DNA of 64,000 bases, taken from positions 46,316 through 110,315 of the IMG/VR virus record IMGVR_UViG_3300032326_002451; one strand, written 5' to 3'. This document shows positions 53,151-64,000 of this stretch, piece by piece. Source of the stretch: a virus. Made by a program: the position numbers and the translations under genes. The notes under the pieces are model-generated. The model was not told the origin of the DNA. It ran no database searches and worked only from the letters and a program-made list of their open reading frames with translations. Numbering within the stretch: the first letter of the stretch is position 1; every line of letters begins with the position of its first letter.

Positions 53151-56147
53151 ATGGCCGATTTTTACATAGTACCCCCCAGATTAACAGTTGGTACATTTGA
53201 TAGAGCAAATGTTGTCAATAGTATCAACTCATTAAAGGGGGATTTGACATTCATTGCCGATGCTAATTCGGGCATTAGAGTTGTCATATCTGGAAATACA
53301 TTTAGATTCGCTATCACAGAAAATTACTATGTAAAAAAACAAGGCGATACGTACCCTAAAAACTTAGTATTTACTCCAGAAGCTGGCTACTATGGTTTGT
53401 CTGTTGGATCCGGTGCTGCAGATCCCGGAACTGGCTCAACTGGTGCATTATTTTACAACACCTCATCAAGTTCATTAAGGGTCTATAACGGAACTACATG
53501 GGGTGAAATTACAGGCTCTGGAATTACAATCGGAGCTGCTGACCTAAGATATCTTAAATTAGATGGCACAAACACCCCAACTGCAAATATTTCGATGGGG
53601 TCTGCATTCCTTAGACTTGCAAATCTCACAACACAAGCTCTTCCTGGAACTACTGGACAGATGTTCTTTAATACATCTACAGGAAGAATTAATGTTTACA
53701 ATGGTACATACTGGGATGATGTTGGATTAGGTGTCACAAGCATCCAAATTGGTTTTGGTTTAACTTCTACTCAAAACCCAATCGTTCAATCTGGTACTGT
53801 TTCTGTTGACCTTACTGCAAACTATACATGGACAGGAACTCATAATTTTACAAGTCCAGTTACATTTTCTGCAGCTGGTCAATCATTCAATATATCTAAG
53901 TTATTTATATCTGGACAATCTGCTGGCGACTTAATTTATTTCAATGGTACAAACTGGGCAAGGTTTGGTATTGGTTCAACAAGTCAAGCTTTAGTAGTTG
54001 ACTCTTCAGGATCTGGAATTACATGGGGAGCTGCCTTAAGTACTTCCGCTGGTTTAGGACTATCTACATTAAATGGTATTGGAACAACAGAACAATTCTT
54101 TGCTGTTGGCACAAGTGGTTCTTTATTCAATATATCTTCTTTTGGATCCACACATACTTTCAACATTCCAATTGCCGGTACAGGAGCTACAGGTTTAGTT
54201 TCAACTGATGTACAGACATTCACTGGCGCTAAAACTTTTGACACTATTCTAACTGTTAGTGCATTTACTGGTTCTGCATCAACTACTACTGGTGCATTAA
54301 TTGTCAATGGTGGAGTTGGTATAGGCGGAAGTATATTTTCATCCAGTTCCTACGCAAGTTCTATTTCTGGTGTTGTTCTTAGTAACGGAGTTATAACAGC
54401 TGGTTCATGGGCTGGCTCAACAATAACAGGTAGGTATGGGGGCACTGGCTACACTGCTTATACTAAAGGAGATCTTCTTGTTGGAGCTGGTGGAACATTT
54501 GTAAAACTCCCAGTTGGCTCTGATTCATATGTTTTAGTTTCAAGTTCTTCAACAGATGCTGGTGTAGCGTGGACAGCACCTACAAGTATAGGAAGCACAA
54601 CTATTGGCACTCCAACAGATGGGCTTTATACTGATGGATTTTTTACTTCGTGGACAAACTCTACTACCATAGCAAATGCTTTAGATGATATCAATGAATT
54701 GCTTTCACAAATAGCTCCTGCAAGACCAGGGTATTTGACAAGCACAAGTTTGACTGCAACTTCTGTACCAACTTATTACACTGTTGGAATTTCTGCTGGA
54801 TTGGGCACTGAATGGTATCAGGCTGGATATGGCACAGGCTCCAGCATCACAAGATATTATTTGTCAGGTGCGCATACACTATCTACAGCAAATACATCAA
54901 CTGCATTCTCTGCTGGAACTTTGACCACTTCAACATACGGAACGATATTCTTTAATAGATATAATTATTTAGCTCCGGGTGGTAGTGGAGTAGGAACAAT
55001 TGATTTAACGACTAATTACACTATCAATTTTACTAATAACAATTTGAGATTGACAGCTTTAGGCGCATATAATACAATTTGGACTAAAGCTAACGCACAA
55101 ATAAACGCTTACACTCAACCAAACTCAGGATATGAGGGTGTTTATATTGCTCACACTGAAAATAGCCAATTCACAAATACATATGAAATGTGGAAAGATT
55201 CATGGTCTTCTTCAAACCCAAGTCCATCTTTCTCACAATCTGCCACAGCCTCGACATTCTCTCAAACCTTAAGGTTCCTTTCTGGTATTGGTTACTATAC
55301 TACTGGAACTGGTTTTAGCGTTTATTTCAAGGGAGCAGCTGGAATATTTAGCAGTTGCTATAATACCACTCAAGTTTTCGCAATCTCTGCCACAGGTTTA
55401 GTTACTTCAACTGGAACAACATCAAGCCCTCATTATGCAGGAGAACTTGATAAATCTGGAAATAATCACGTTAGAGTAACACTGAACTCAGCAAGTGCAT
55501 CTTCATTCAATAAATATATTACAGCAACAATTTACAAAGCGCATGGCACAACTGCTGCATCAAATGCAACTATAGGTAGAGCAATTAATACATATACTAC
55601 AACTTCCACTGACACATTTGAAGGATTCCAAGACGAAGCAAGAAGGCTTGTAATTGGCACAGGTATCGCATTTACATCAAATATTGATATGGCAAACGGG
55701 AATTTGCAGGTCAGATCTGGAACATTAAGTTATCCTCTTGCTGCAGATTATGATACTGAATATGGTGGAACACACACATTTACAGGTGATCAAGAATACC
55801 AAAGATATTTTTACAAAACATCTGCAAGCACTGGACAGCTTTCTTTAGGTGGTTTTACTGCTTCTAATATTTCAGCGTATGGAGCAGGTAGTGTCAATCT
55901 ACTTTTGTATTTAGAAGGCGATAATAAATATTTTGATTTGGGTGTTTTGCAAGGATCTAATGCAAATGATGGTTCTTCAAGAGCTCAAGCTATTTCTGCA
56001 AAGGTAGCAACATCAGGAAGTGGTGTTTCATGGTCTTTTGGAGTTTATAGCACTGGTGTAAGCGGAGCTGGAAATTCTGGCAGATATCGTGCAATTGTTA
56101 TTTATAAAAATAACACCTATTCAATGACAAGTATAACGAGTTCATAA
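53151..56147 (+). CDS. Tail-fibre-like structural protein (998 aa)
   Basis: G/T/S-rich; GALFYNT..LRVYNGT.W, GDLIYFNGTNW, TGALIVNGGVGIGG, YGGTG..YTKGDLLVG modules. Confidence 0.75.
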   Translation: MADFYIVPPRLTVGTFDRANVVNSINSLKGDLTFIADANSGIRVVISGNTFRFAITENYYVKKQGDTYPKNLVFTPEAGYYGLSVGSGAADPGTGSTGALFYNTSSSSLRVYNGTTWGEITGSGITIGAADLRYLKLDGTNTPTANISMGSAFLRLANLTTQALPGTTGQMFFNTSTGRINVYNGTYWDDVGLGVTSIQIGFGLTSTQNPIVQSGTVSVDLTANYTWTGTHNFTSPVTFSAAGQSFNISKLFISGQSAGDLIYFNGTNWARFGIGSTSQALVVDSSGSGITWGAALSTSAGLGLSTLNGIGTTEQFFAVGTSGSLFNISSFGSTHTFNIPIAGTGATGLVSTDVQTFTGAKTFDTILTVSAFTGSASTTTGALIVNGGVGIGGSIFSSSSYASSISGVVLSNGVITAGSWAGSTITGRYGGTGYTAYTKGDLLVGAGGTFVKLPVGSDSYVLVSSSSTDAGVAWTAPTSIGSTTIGTPTDGLYTDGFFTSWTNSTTIANALDDINELLSQIAPARPGYLTSTSLTATSVPTYYTVGISAGLGTEWYQAGYGTGSSITRYYLSGAHTLSTANTSTAFSAGTLTTSTYGTIFFNRYNYLAPGGSGVGTIDLTTNYTINFTNNNLRLTALGAYNTIWTKANAQINAYTQPNSGYEGVYIAHTENSQFTNTYEMWKDSWSSSNPSPSFSQSATASTFSQTLRFLSGIGYYTTGTGFSVYFKGAAGIFSSCYNTTQVFAISATGLVTSTGTTSSPHYAGELDKSGNNHVRVTLNSASASSFNKYITATIYKAHGTTAASNATIGRAINTYTTTSTDTFEGFQDEARRLVIGTGIAFTSNIDMANGNLQVRSGTLSYPLAADYDTEYGGTHTFTGDQEYQRYFYKTSASTGQLSLGGFTASNISAYGAGSVNLLLYLEGDNKYFDLGVLQGSNANDGSSRAQAISAKVATSGSGVSWSFGVYSTGVSGAGNSGRYRAIVIYKNNTYSMTSITSS

Positions 56148-56148
56148 T

Positions 56149-59100
56149 ATGTCCTGGTCACAACAAGATTTAAGTTTCAAAAAGCTATCTAATAAAAGAG
56201 TAACCACAAGCACTGGCAAAGGTTTACCTGAAGAAAAAGGTGCGTCTACTCTTGAACTATATTTACCAGATATAAAAACAGAATTAATACCAGGGACAGG
56301 CAGTACAGCATACGGCCCTAATGGTGTTTTATTTTATCATGGCCCAAGTGCTTCATTTGGTCAAACATTAGTAGTTGATACATCTGTTCCTGGAAATATG
56401 ACATGGTTTGCTTCGTCTGGTTATGGAAATACTACTACTGCAAATGATGGTTCTGCTGGATCTGAATCACTAAGATTATTTAACTGGGTATCTGACAAGT
56501 ATGATGCTTTTGGTACTGTTTCAGGCGCTGGATATGAAATTAAGCTTTATGATGCATCAAATAACTTAATTACAAAATCAGATGCTTCTAACTGGTTGTT
56601 TGACTATCAAACTGGCATTCTTATGTTCAATAATGCCACTTTATCTAATGGCAACCCAGTTTCTACATCAGGGCCATATAAGATTGTTGGATGGAGATAT
56701 GTAGGTCAAAAAGGCATAATTCCAGCTTACTATGGTGGCTCTGGATATACAACTTATACTAAGGGTGATCTTTTAGTTGGTGCTGGTGGAACATTTATTA
56801 AGTTAAATGTTGGTTCTGATAATTATGTTCTTTCAGCTGACTCAACCACTGATTCTGGTTTGAAATGGGTTGTAAATTCTGGATCTGGTTCTGGTATTTC
56901 TGTTCTCAATGGACTTTCTGCAACTACTCAATTTTTTGCAGTAGGTACAAGTGGAAGTTTATTTAACATATCATCTACTGGTTCTACTCATACATTCAAT
57001 ATTCCAATTGCTGGATCAGGTGCAACAGGTTTAGTTTCGACAGGTTCTCAAACTTTTGCTGGTCAAAAAACATTTACTTCTCCAATTTTAGGAGATCTTT
57101 CTGGTACTGCAACGACTGCTGGTTATGCCACAACAGCTGCCACAGCTCAAGGAGTTTTATCATCAATCACTGGACAGGCTGTAGATTTAAGTATTGGTCT
57201 TATAAGTGGCACAGCGTTATCATACAGCAGTAATCTTTATTATAATCCAGCATCAGGTAGATTGGCAGCTGTAAGTTATACTGGTTCATGGGCTGGTAGT
57301 ACAATCACTGGTTTGTATGGTGGCACTGGATACACAACATATACAAAGGGTGATATTTTAGTTGGCGCAGGTGGAACATTTATCAAATTAGGTGTTGGAA
57401 CTGATAACTTTGTCCTTACAGCTTCATCTACATCTGCAACGGGTTTAACTTGGTCTCCTACTGCTGCAACTGGAATTACAACTTTAAATTCCCTTACTGC
57501 AACCACCCAGTTTTTTGCTACAGGTACATCAGGGTCTGGATTTAATATATCTTCCTCTGGTTCAACACATACATTCAATATTCCGATAGCTGGTACTGGT
57601 GCTACTGGATTAGTTTCCACTCTTGCTCAAACATTCGCAGGAGCCAAAACATTTACAGGCGATGTAGTAATAACATCATCTACAGCTTCAACCTACATGG
57701 CAATTGGAGCTTTGACTGTAAATGGTGGAGTCGGAATATCTGGCCAGCTTTCATTTAATCAAGCTGCCATGGGATATACAGGGATTGTAACAAACCCTGT
57801 AATGGCATTTATAGGAAGCACCAATACAGCTCCTATAACAATGACTGTACTTTCTGACGGATCTCTTCTTTGGGAAGGCAGCTCAGGAAAACTATTTGGA
57901 ATCAATAACAATCTTTCATCAGGTTGGATTTTTAATGTTGGAGATATTTCAGGTCTTCCAATACTTAGAGCAAATGCAGATGGCACTATTGCTATGACTG
58001 AGTTTGCTGCAAATGTTGGCATTGGTCTTTCAAATCCATCATACAAACTTCATGTTGTAGGTGATACTAATCTTTCTTCTGGTTATGTTTACAGAATAAA
58101 TGGTATTTCAGTTTTATCATCTACACAAGTTTTAGGACTCACTGTAAATTCTGGGAATATTACATCAGGAGCTTGGTCAGGAACAGCAATATCAGTTCCT
58201 TATGGTGGCACTGGTCTAACATCTTACACAGTTGGTGATATTCTTTATGCTTCTGGTTCAGCAACTATTGGTAGATTAGCTGCTGGAACTGCTGGATCTA
58301 TTCTTATTTCTGCTGGAGCTGGAGCAACTCCATATTATAGCAATCCAGCATTATTAGTATCAGGAAATGCCACAACAGCTGCAAACATAAATATAGTTGC
58401 AACAACCACTGGAACTCTTTATCCTTTATTTTCAAACGTCTCTACAACTGCTTCTGGAGTTGGAGTATCTGTTGACTCAGCAATATCTTATAATGCTACT
58501 ACAGATACCTTATCTGCTGGTAAATTTAGTGGTTTAGCATCTGGTACAGCAGCAACATTTACTAATATTTATGGAACGCTGACTGGTGTTGCTACAACTG
58601 CAACTAATGTAAACACTGTTTCTGCAACAGGTACAAATGCTTCACATTTCTTATTATTCTCACCAGTAAATGGCGGTTCAGGTGTAGCTTTATCGAGTGG
58701 AGTTGGAATCACATTCAATCCATCTACTGGCCAATTAGGTTTAGGTACTGGATCAGCTCTCATAAATGGTTTGTTATTGGGCACAAGTTCTAATACCATA
58801 ACAACAACTTCAGGAAATCTTACACTGAATGCTGGTGGTGGTACTGTTCTTGTTGCTGGAAACTTAAATGTCCAAGGTACAGCTACTTATATTGATTCTA
58901 CCACTCAAACAATTACAGATCCAGTTATTGTTCTTGGTTCAGGAGCTGGTGGAACTCATACAAATGTAACTGATACACAAGATAGAGGAATTGAATTCAG
59001 AAGATTTTCTGGTTCTGCTATTACTGGTTTCTTTGGTCTATCAAATGCTTCAGGTAGATTTACTTTCATACCAAATGCAAATGTAACAGCTAACAATACA

Positions 59101-62100
59101 TACACTGGGTCTATTGGTGTCATTGAAGCTAATATTACTGGTTCTGCAATCACAGCCACTAATTTCTATGGAACATTTGTTGGAAATTCTGCAAGTGCTA
59201 CAACTGCTGGACTTGCTACCACTGCTCAAAACCTTAATATTACAACTACAACAACAGGAACACTTTATCCATTATTTACAAGTGTTTCTACTACTGCTTC
59301 TGGTGTTGCTGTTTCTGTTGACGGTACAGATATTTCTTACGATGCTGCTACAAATACTCTTACTGCTGGAAAGTTTAGTGGATTAGCATCAGGCACAGCA
59401 GCGACATTTACGAATTTCTATGGAACACTTACTGGAAATGTCACTGGTACATCAACAACTTCACAAAATGTAAATATAGTTTCTGCAACTACTGGAACAT
59501 TCTATCCATTATTTAGCAATATTTCATCCACTGCTTCAGGTGTTGCAATTTCTGTGGATAGCGGTTTGTCATGGAATTCTGCAACAGATACATTAACTTC
59601 TGGTACATTCTCAGGAAATCTTTCAGCCACAGCAGCTACAGCAACAAACTTCTATGGTACTTTTGTTGGTTCTGCTACAACTTCAACAAGCTTGAATGTT
59701 GTTTTAGCTGCTACAAATGCAAGTCATCAAGTTTTATTCACTCCTACATCTGGTACTGCTTCTGGTGTAGCTGTTTCAACTGAAAATTCTTTTGTATATA
59801 ATCCATCCACTGATATTCTTTCAGTATCTGGTTTAGCAGTAACATCTACAACTGCTTCTACTAACTCTTCTACTGGCGCTTTGATTGTAACTGGTGGAGT
59901 CGGAATTGGCGGAACTATTAATATTGGTGGCAGAGTAGATGCGTCAAATTACAAAGCATGGGTAGAAAATAGAACACTTTCTTCCGTAGACACTTGTGTA
60001 GGTATTGGTACATTTGGTATAAATGCCGGAGCTCATAATCTTTTATTATCACTCAATGTAAGTGATGGTGGATACAGTACAGCCAAAAATTATTCACTAA
60101 CTTCTGATTATCTAAGTAGTGGATGGTATATTGTTGCGCCTGTAAGTTCAACTGGTGCTTATAATAACAATGCAAGCATAAATTTTCAATTAGAAGCAAT
60201 CAGCAGTGGAAATAACCTAACTTTAAGAGCCAGGTCTTTAGGCACAGGCGGTAATCTAAAAGTATATATTCAAAACACTGGACAAAATACTGCTACATTT
60301 ACCCCTTATAATTCAGTAACATCTGAAAGTGCTCTAACATCGTATTTTCCTTCTGCATTTGTAAGTCAAGAAAAATATTTATTTAGAGTAAATTCCTCAA
60401 TAGCTTCAACAAATACAATTACTGGCGCTATGGTTGTCACTGGTGGAGTAGGTATTGGTGGATCAATATTTGGTGGTTCAACTATTTCTGCTGCTGATAA
60501 TATCGAAATTAAATCAGCTAAAGAATTAAGATTCAACAACTCTGGAAATACATTCTATACAGGTTTCAAAGCTGGAGCAAATGCATCTAACACCACTTAC
60601 ACCTTGCCTATTGCATTCCCAGGATCAGGCACATCAGTATTGCAATCTGATACTTCTGGTACTTTATCTTGGGTTGGGGTAGTTGGTTCTGCCACAACCG
60701 CTACAAACATAAATGTTGTTTTAGCAGCTACAAATGCAAGTCACAGAGTTTTATTTACTCCAACATCTGGATCTGCATCAGGTGTAGCTGTTTCAACAGA
60801 AAACTCTTTTGTTTATAATCCTTCCACTGATATTCTTTCAGTATCTGGTTTAGCAGTAACAGCAACTACAGCTTCAACTAATTCTTCTACTGGCGCTCTT
60901 ATAGTGTCTGGTGGAGTTGGTATTGGTGGAACAATCTACACTGCTACTGATCTTAATGTAGGCAATTCAACCACTGGAAGATTGTATTTTAGCCAAGCAA
61001 CATTAGGATCTGCTGGAACTACTGTTATTCCTTCGATGGCGTTTATTGGAACAACGAACTCTCCAATAACATTATCTGTTCTTGCTGATAATTCACTTTC
61101 ATTTGATGGTAGTTCAGGTCAGTTATTCTCTATAAACAACAACCTTTCAACAGGTTGGATATTTGCTGTAAACGATATATCTGGTTTGCCTTTAATAAGA
61201 GCAAATGCCGATGGTACTGTTGCCATGGGAGAGTTTGCTGGAAATATCGGTATTGGAATTTCGAATCCATCATACAAGTTACATGTAGTTGGAGATACAA
61301 ATCTTTCATCCACTTATGTTTACAGAATAAATGGTACTTCTGTTCTTTCAGCTACATCATTAGGCACTGGGGTTACAAACTCTTCACTTACTGCTGTTGG
61401 GACAATTACTACTGGTACATGGGCAGGAAGTACAATTACTGGCCTTTATGGCGGTACTGGATACACTAACTATACTGCTGGCGATATTCTTGTTGGAGCT
61501 GGTGGAACATTTATTAGATTAAATGCTGGCTCTTCTAATTATGTTTTAACATCAAATGGCTCTGGTACAATTCCATCTTGGCAAGCAGTACCTTCGTCAG
61601 CAGCTTCTTCTGTTGCAGTATCGCCTACCATTACAAACTCTTCATTCTCTATTACAGCAGTAAATAGTGCAAGTGGTTCTGGTTTAGGTCTTTCAACAAT
61701 AGCATCATTTGTTGTCAATCCATCCACTGGCATCGTTTCTATGTCTGGTTTGGCAGTTACAGCATCAACAACTTCTACAAGTTCATCTACGGGCGCATTA
61801 ATTGTAACTGGTGGAGTGGGTATCGGTGGAAGTTTATTTACTTCAACTTCATTTGCTGATTCTATTTCAGGTGTCGTTTTAAGTAATGGTGTAATTACTT
61901 CTGGATCTTGGGCTGGTTCTACAATCACTGGTTTATATGGTGGCACTGGATTTAATTCTTACACTAAAGGCGATATTTTAGTTGGTGCTGGAACTACTAT
62001 AATCAAACATGCTGTAGGAAGTCAAAATCAAATTCTTATTGCTGATGGTTTTTCTGGTTCTGGTTTATCTTGGGCTACATTTTCAGATCCAACTTATGGA

Positions 62101-64000
62101 TCTTTCTATAGTACATCTTCTCAGCCAGTTGTTGGAGCTGGTGCAACAACACTTGCAACCTTCAACAGTACCTATGAAACAAATAGAGTTGCAATCATTG
62201 GTGGTTCTGGAACATCTTCAAGAATTCAAATACAAGATTCTGGACCTTATAGTTTAACTTTTTCGGCACAAATTAATCTTACATCAGGCACTCAACCTAA
62301 AGTAGGTGATTTCTGGTTTAGAATCAATGGACAAGATGTTCCTCAATCTAATACTCAGACAACAATTTCTGGTAAAGATTTCCAGTCAGTTATAACTATA
62401 AATTTTGTTTATACTTTTGCTACAAATGATTATTTTGAAATAGCATTCTCTTCTGATGACTCAAATTTTAGAATTGAAGCATTAAATGGTCTCACAAATC
62501 CGCCAAGACCAGATATTCCAAGCATTATTTTATCCGTTCTTCCAGTAACACACATAGTTGGTGAGTCTGGCGCTGGAATAAGTGGAATTTTATCATTAAA
62601 TGGATCAACATCTTCACAACAGTATTTCTTAACTGGAACAAGTGGATCTGGATTTAATATTCAAACTGCATCTGGAAATCACACATTCAACATTCCAATA
62701 GCAAGTACTGGATCAACAGGTTTAGTAAATACTTTAGCTCAATCTTTTGCTGGTATTAAAACTTTCACCAATGATGTTGCAGTTTCTTCTTCAACAGCTT
62801 CAACATCATCTTCCACAGGTGCTATAACTGTTTCTGGTGGAGTTGGAATTGGACAGACATTATTCACATCCTCTTCTTATGCTTCATCAATATCTGGTGT
62901 AGTTCTAAATAATGGTGTAATTACTTCTGGATCTTGGTCAGGATCCACAATAACTGCATTCTATGGTGGAACTGGCTATAACTCATATACAAAGGGTGAT
63001 ATTTTAGTTGGTGCAGGATCCACATTTATCAAGTTAAATGTAGGTACTGACAATTACATTTTATCAGCATCATCAGCATCAGCTACTGGTTTAAGTTGGA
63101 TTGCAAATACAGGAGGCGGAGGAGCTGGAACTGTTTACAATGGTTCCCTTAATGCTATTCCTTATTATCCTGCTGCTGGCTCTGCTATAACAGGTTCTGT
63201 TAATTTTACAAATACAGGAACATCCATCAACATTGGTTACTCCACTGCAACAACCAATACAGCTACAGGTGCTCTTACAGTTGTTGGTGGAGTAGGAATT
63301 GGACAAACATTATTTACATCCTCTTCTTACGCTTCATCAATATCTGGTGTAGTTCTTGACAATGGAATTATCACTTCTGGCACTTGGTCTGGTTCTACAA
63401 TCACTGCCAAATATGGTGGAACTGGCTATACTACATACACTAAGGGTGATTTGCTTGTTGGAGCTGGATCAACATTTATAAAAGTTGGGTCAGGTTCTAC
63501 AAATTATGTCTTGTCATCGAACCCTATGTATCCTGCTGGTGTTGGCTGGACTTGGGTTTCTGCTGTCGTAGCAGGAACTAATCCTCCATACGATACACAC
63601 GATTCAGATCTATGGTGGAACTCTGATGATGGTAGTTTAAATTTCTACTACAATGACGGTGATACAAGTCAATGGGTAGAAATAGCTGGTGGGTCTGGTA
63701 TTGATTTATCTCAGCCAGTTCATATAACATCAAGCACAGCGTCAACTAACACTGTAACTGGGGCTTTAATTGTCGATGGTGGAGTTGGTGTTGGTGGAAC
63801 AGTCTATGCATCATCTTTTAGTATCAACGGAATATATGATCAAATTTCATCAACTCTAACTACATCAAATACAAATACAAATCAAGTTGCATTGTCAATA
63901 GACGCATCATCATTCAGAACAGCAAAAATGTTTGTGCAAGTAACATCTGGTTCAAATTATCATTCACAAGAAATTTTGATGGTGCACGATGATAGTCAAG
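56149..64000 (+). CDS. Giant modular tail-fibre protein (>2,617 aa, 3'-truncated; missing from ORF track)
   Basis: ATG 56149 (MSWSQQDLSFKKL...), frame 1 open to the window end; same modules as upstream gene plus DLWWNSDDGSLNFYYNDGDTSQWV and FRTAKMFVQVTSGSNYHSQEI modules of T4-like myophage fibres. Confidence 0.85.
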   Translation, partial: MSWSQQDLSFKKLSNKRVTTSTGKGLPEEKGASTLELYLPDIKTELIPGTGSTAYGPNGVLFYHGPSASFGQTLVVDTSVPGNMTWFASSGYGNTTTANDGSAGSESLRLFNWVSDKYDAFGTVSGAGYEIKLYDASNNLITKSDASNWLFDYQTGILMFNNATLSNGNPVSTSGPYKIVGWRYVGQKGIIPAYYGGSGYTTYTKGDLLVGAGGTFIKLNVGSDNYVLSADSTTDSGLKWVVNSGSGSGISVLNGLSATTQFFAVGTSGSLFNISSTGSTHTFNIPIAGSGATGLVSTGSQTFAGQKTFTSPILGDLSGTATTAGYATTAATAQGVLSSITGQAVDLSIGLISGTALSYSSNLYYNPASGRLAAVSYTGSWAGSTITGLYGGTGYTTYTKGDILVGAGGTFIKLGVGTDNFVLTASSTSATGLTWSPTAATGITTLNSLTATTQFFATGTSGSGFNISSSGSTHTFNIPIAGTGATGLVSTLAQTFAGAKTFTGDVVITSSTASTYMAIGALTVNGGVGISGQLSFNQAAMGYTGIVTNPVMAFIGSTNTAPITMTVLSDGSLLWEGSSGKLFGINNNLSSGWIFNVGDISGLPILRANADGTIAMTEFAANVGIGLSNPSYKLHVVGDTNLSSGYVYRINGISVLSSTQVLGLTVNSGNITSGAWSGTAISVPYGGTGLTSYTVGDILYASGSATIGRLAAGTAGSILISAGAGATPYYSNPALLVSGNATTAANINIVATTTGTLYPLFSNVSTTASGVGVSVDSAISYNATTDTLSAGKFSGLASGTAATFTNIYGTLTGVATTATNVNTVSATGTNASHFLLFSPVNGGSGVALSSGVGITFNPSTGQLGLGTGSALINGLLLGTSSNTITTTSGNLTLNAGGGTVLVAGNLNVQGTATYIDSTTQTITDPVIVLGSGAGGTHTNVTDTQDRGIEFRRFSGSAITGFFGLSNASGRFTFIPNANVTANNTYTGSIGVIEANITGSAITATNFYGTFVGNSASATTAGLATTAQNLNITTTTTGTLYPLFTSVSTTASGVAVSVDGTDISYDAATNTLTAGKFSGLASGTAATFTNFYGTLTGNVTGTSTTSQNVNIVSATTGTFYPLFSNISSTASGVAISVDSGLSWNSATDTLTSGTFSGNLSATAATATNFYGTFVGSATTSTSLNVVLAATNASHQVLFTPTSGTASGVAVSTENSFVYNPSTDILSVSGLAVTSTTASTNSSTGALIVTGGVGIGGTINIGGRVDASNYKAWVENRTLSSVDTCVGIGTFGINAGAHNLLLSLNVSDGGYSTAKNYSLTSDYLSSGWYIVAPVSSTGAYNNNASINFQLEAISSGNNLTLRARSLGTGGNLKVYIQNTGQNTATFTPYNSVTSESALTSYFPSAFVSQEKYLFRVNSSIASTNTITGAMVVTGGVGIGGSIFGGSTISAADNIEIKSAKELRFNNSGNTFYTGFKAGANASNTTYTLPIAFPGSGTSVLQSDTSGTLSWVGVVGSATTATNINVVLAATNASHRVLFTPTSGSASGVAVSTENSFVYNPSTDILSVSGLAVTATTASTNSSTGALIVSGGVGIGGTIYTATDLNVGNSTTGRLYFSQATLGSAGTTVIPSMAFIGTTNSPITLSVLADNSLSFDGSSGQLFSINNNLSTGWIFAVNDISGLPLIRANADGTVAMGEFAGNIGIGISNPSYKLHVVGDTNLSSTYVYRINGTSVLSATSLGTGVTNSSLTAVGTITTGTWAGSTITGLYGGTGYTNYTAGDILVGAGGTFIRLNAGSSNYVLTSNGSGTIPSWQAVPSSAASSVAVSPTITNSSFSITAVNSASGSGLGLSTIASFVVNPSTGIVSMSGLAVTASTTSTSSSTGALIVTGGVGIGGSLFTSTSFADSISGVVLSNGVITSGSWAGSTITGLYGGTGFNSYTKGDILVGAGTTIIKHAVGSQNQILIADGFSGSGLSWATFSDPTYGSFYSTSSQPVVGAGATTLATFNSTYETNRVAIIGGSGTSSRIQIQDSGPYSLTFSAQINLTSGTQPKVGDFWFRINGQDVPQSNTQTTISGKDFQSVITINFVYTFATNDYFEIAFSSDDSNFRIEALNGLTNPPRPDIPSIILSVLPVTHIVGESGAGISGILSLNGSTSSQQYFLTGTSGSGFNIQTASGNHTFNIPIASTGSTGLVNTLAQSFAGIKTFTNDVAVSSSTASTSSSTGAITVSGGVGIGQTLFTSSSYASSISGVVLNNGVITSGSWSGSTITAFYGGTGYNSYTKGDILVGAGSTFIKLNVGTDNYILSASSASATGLSWIANTGGGGAGTVYNGSLNAIPYYPAAGSAITGSVNFTNTGTSINIGYSTATTNTATGALTVVGGVGIGQTLFTSSSYASSISGVVLDNGIITSGTWSGSTITAKYGGTGYTTYTKGDLLVGAGSTFIKVGSGSTNYVLSSNPMYPAGVGWTWVSAVVAGTNPPYDTHDSDLWWNSDDGSLNFYYNDGDTSQWVEIAGGSGIDLSQPVHITSSTASTNTVTGALIVDGGVGVGGTVYASSFSINGIYDQISSTLTTSNTNTNQVALSIDASSFRTAKMFVQVTSGSNYHSQEILMVHDDSQ

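Noticed and set aside
59695-60930. Near-identical repeats in the fibre gene (and 22263/25008 duplication) as DGR template/variable repeats
   Set aside because: Differences are mostly synonymous third-position changes of all base types, not adenine-specific; both copies are coding; no reverse transcriptase in the window.
824-63306. Dozens of 60-135-aa ORFs antisense or out-of-frame within long genes (e.g. 22342, 25090, 53984, 57276, 61539)
   Set aside because: Shadow ORFs of long, repetitive coding frames; no SD or recognisable motifs.
1-64000. Alternative genetic code (TAG/TGA recoding, common in some huge phages)
   Set aside because: Code 11 gives full-length conserved proteins and high coding density; TAG and TGA end genes at expected positions (e.g. 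8539, 9739, 10741).

Overview
AT-rich, gene-dense 64 kb segment that reads as part of a huge/jumbo tailed-phage genome using the standard genetic code. This is an inference from several giant virion/fibre-type proteins interleaved with host-like genes. I saw no tRNA, rRNA, CRISPR array or mobile element. Contents: (i) five very large repeat-rich structural proteins, including a >2,600-aa fibre ORF starting at 56149 that the ORF track misses because it runs off the window; (ii) a proteostasis set: subtilisin S8, signal peptidase I, trypsin-like protease, DnaJ, DnaK, a second J-domain protein and ClpX; (iii) true DNA gyrase (gyrB-gyrA with GyrA-box), an SF2 helicase, PIN-PhoH, a degenerate macrodomain, MerC-family and BFN/DUF151-like proteins; (iv) two peptidoglycan hydrolases (GH73 and SLT). 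The most interesting signal is not a gene. About ten otherwise unrelated proteins share short leader motifs: a [KR]-x-[AS]-Q/A site and an 'LA..LD..G....AD.I' helical hairpin. These look like a capsid-targeting/prohead-processing address code for injected cargo. Two promoter grammars are also visible: AGG-N19-AAAT upstream of virion genes, and TATAAT-like-N6-7-ATG leaderless starts on chaperone/helicase genes. An unannotated 23-aa amphipathic peptide gene sits behind a terminator hairpin. All functional calls come from motif recognition only; no database searches were run.
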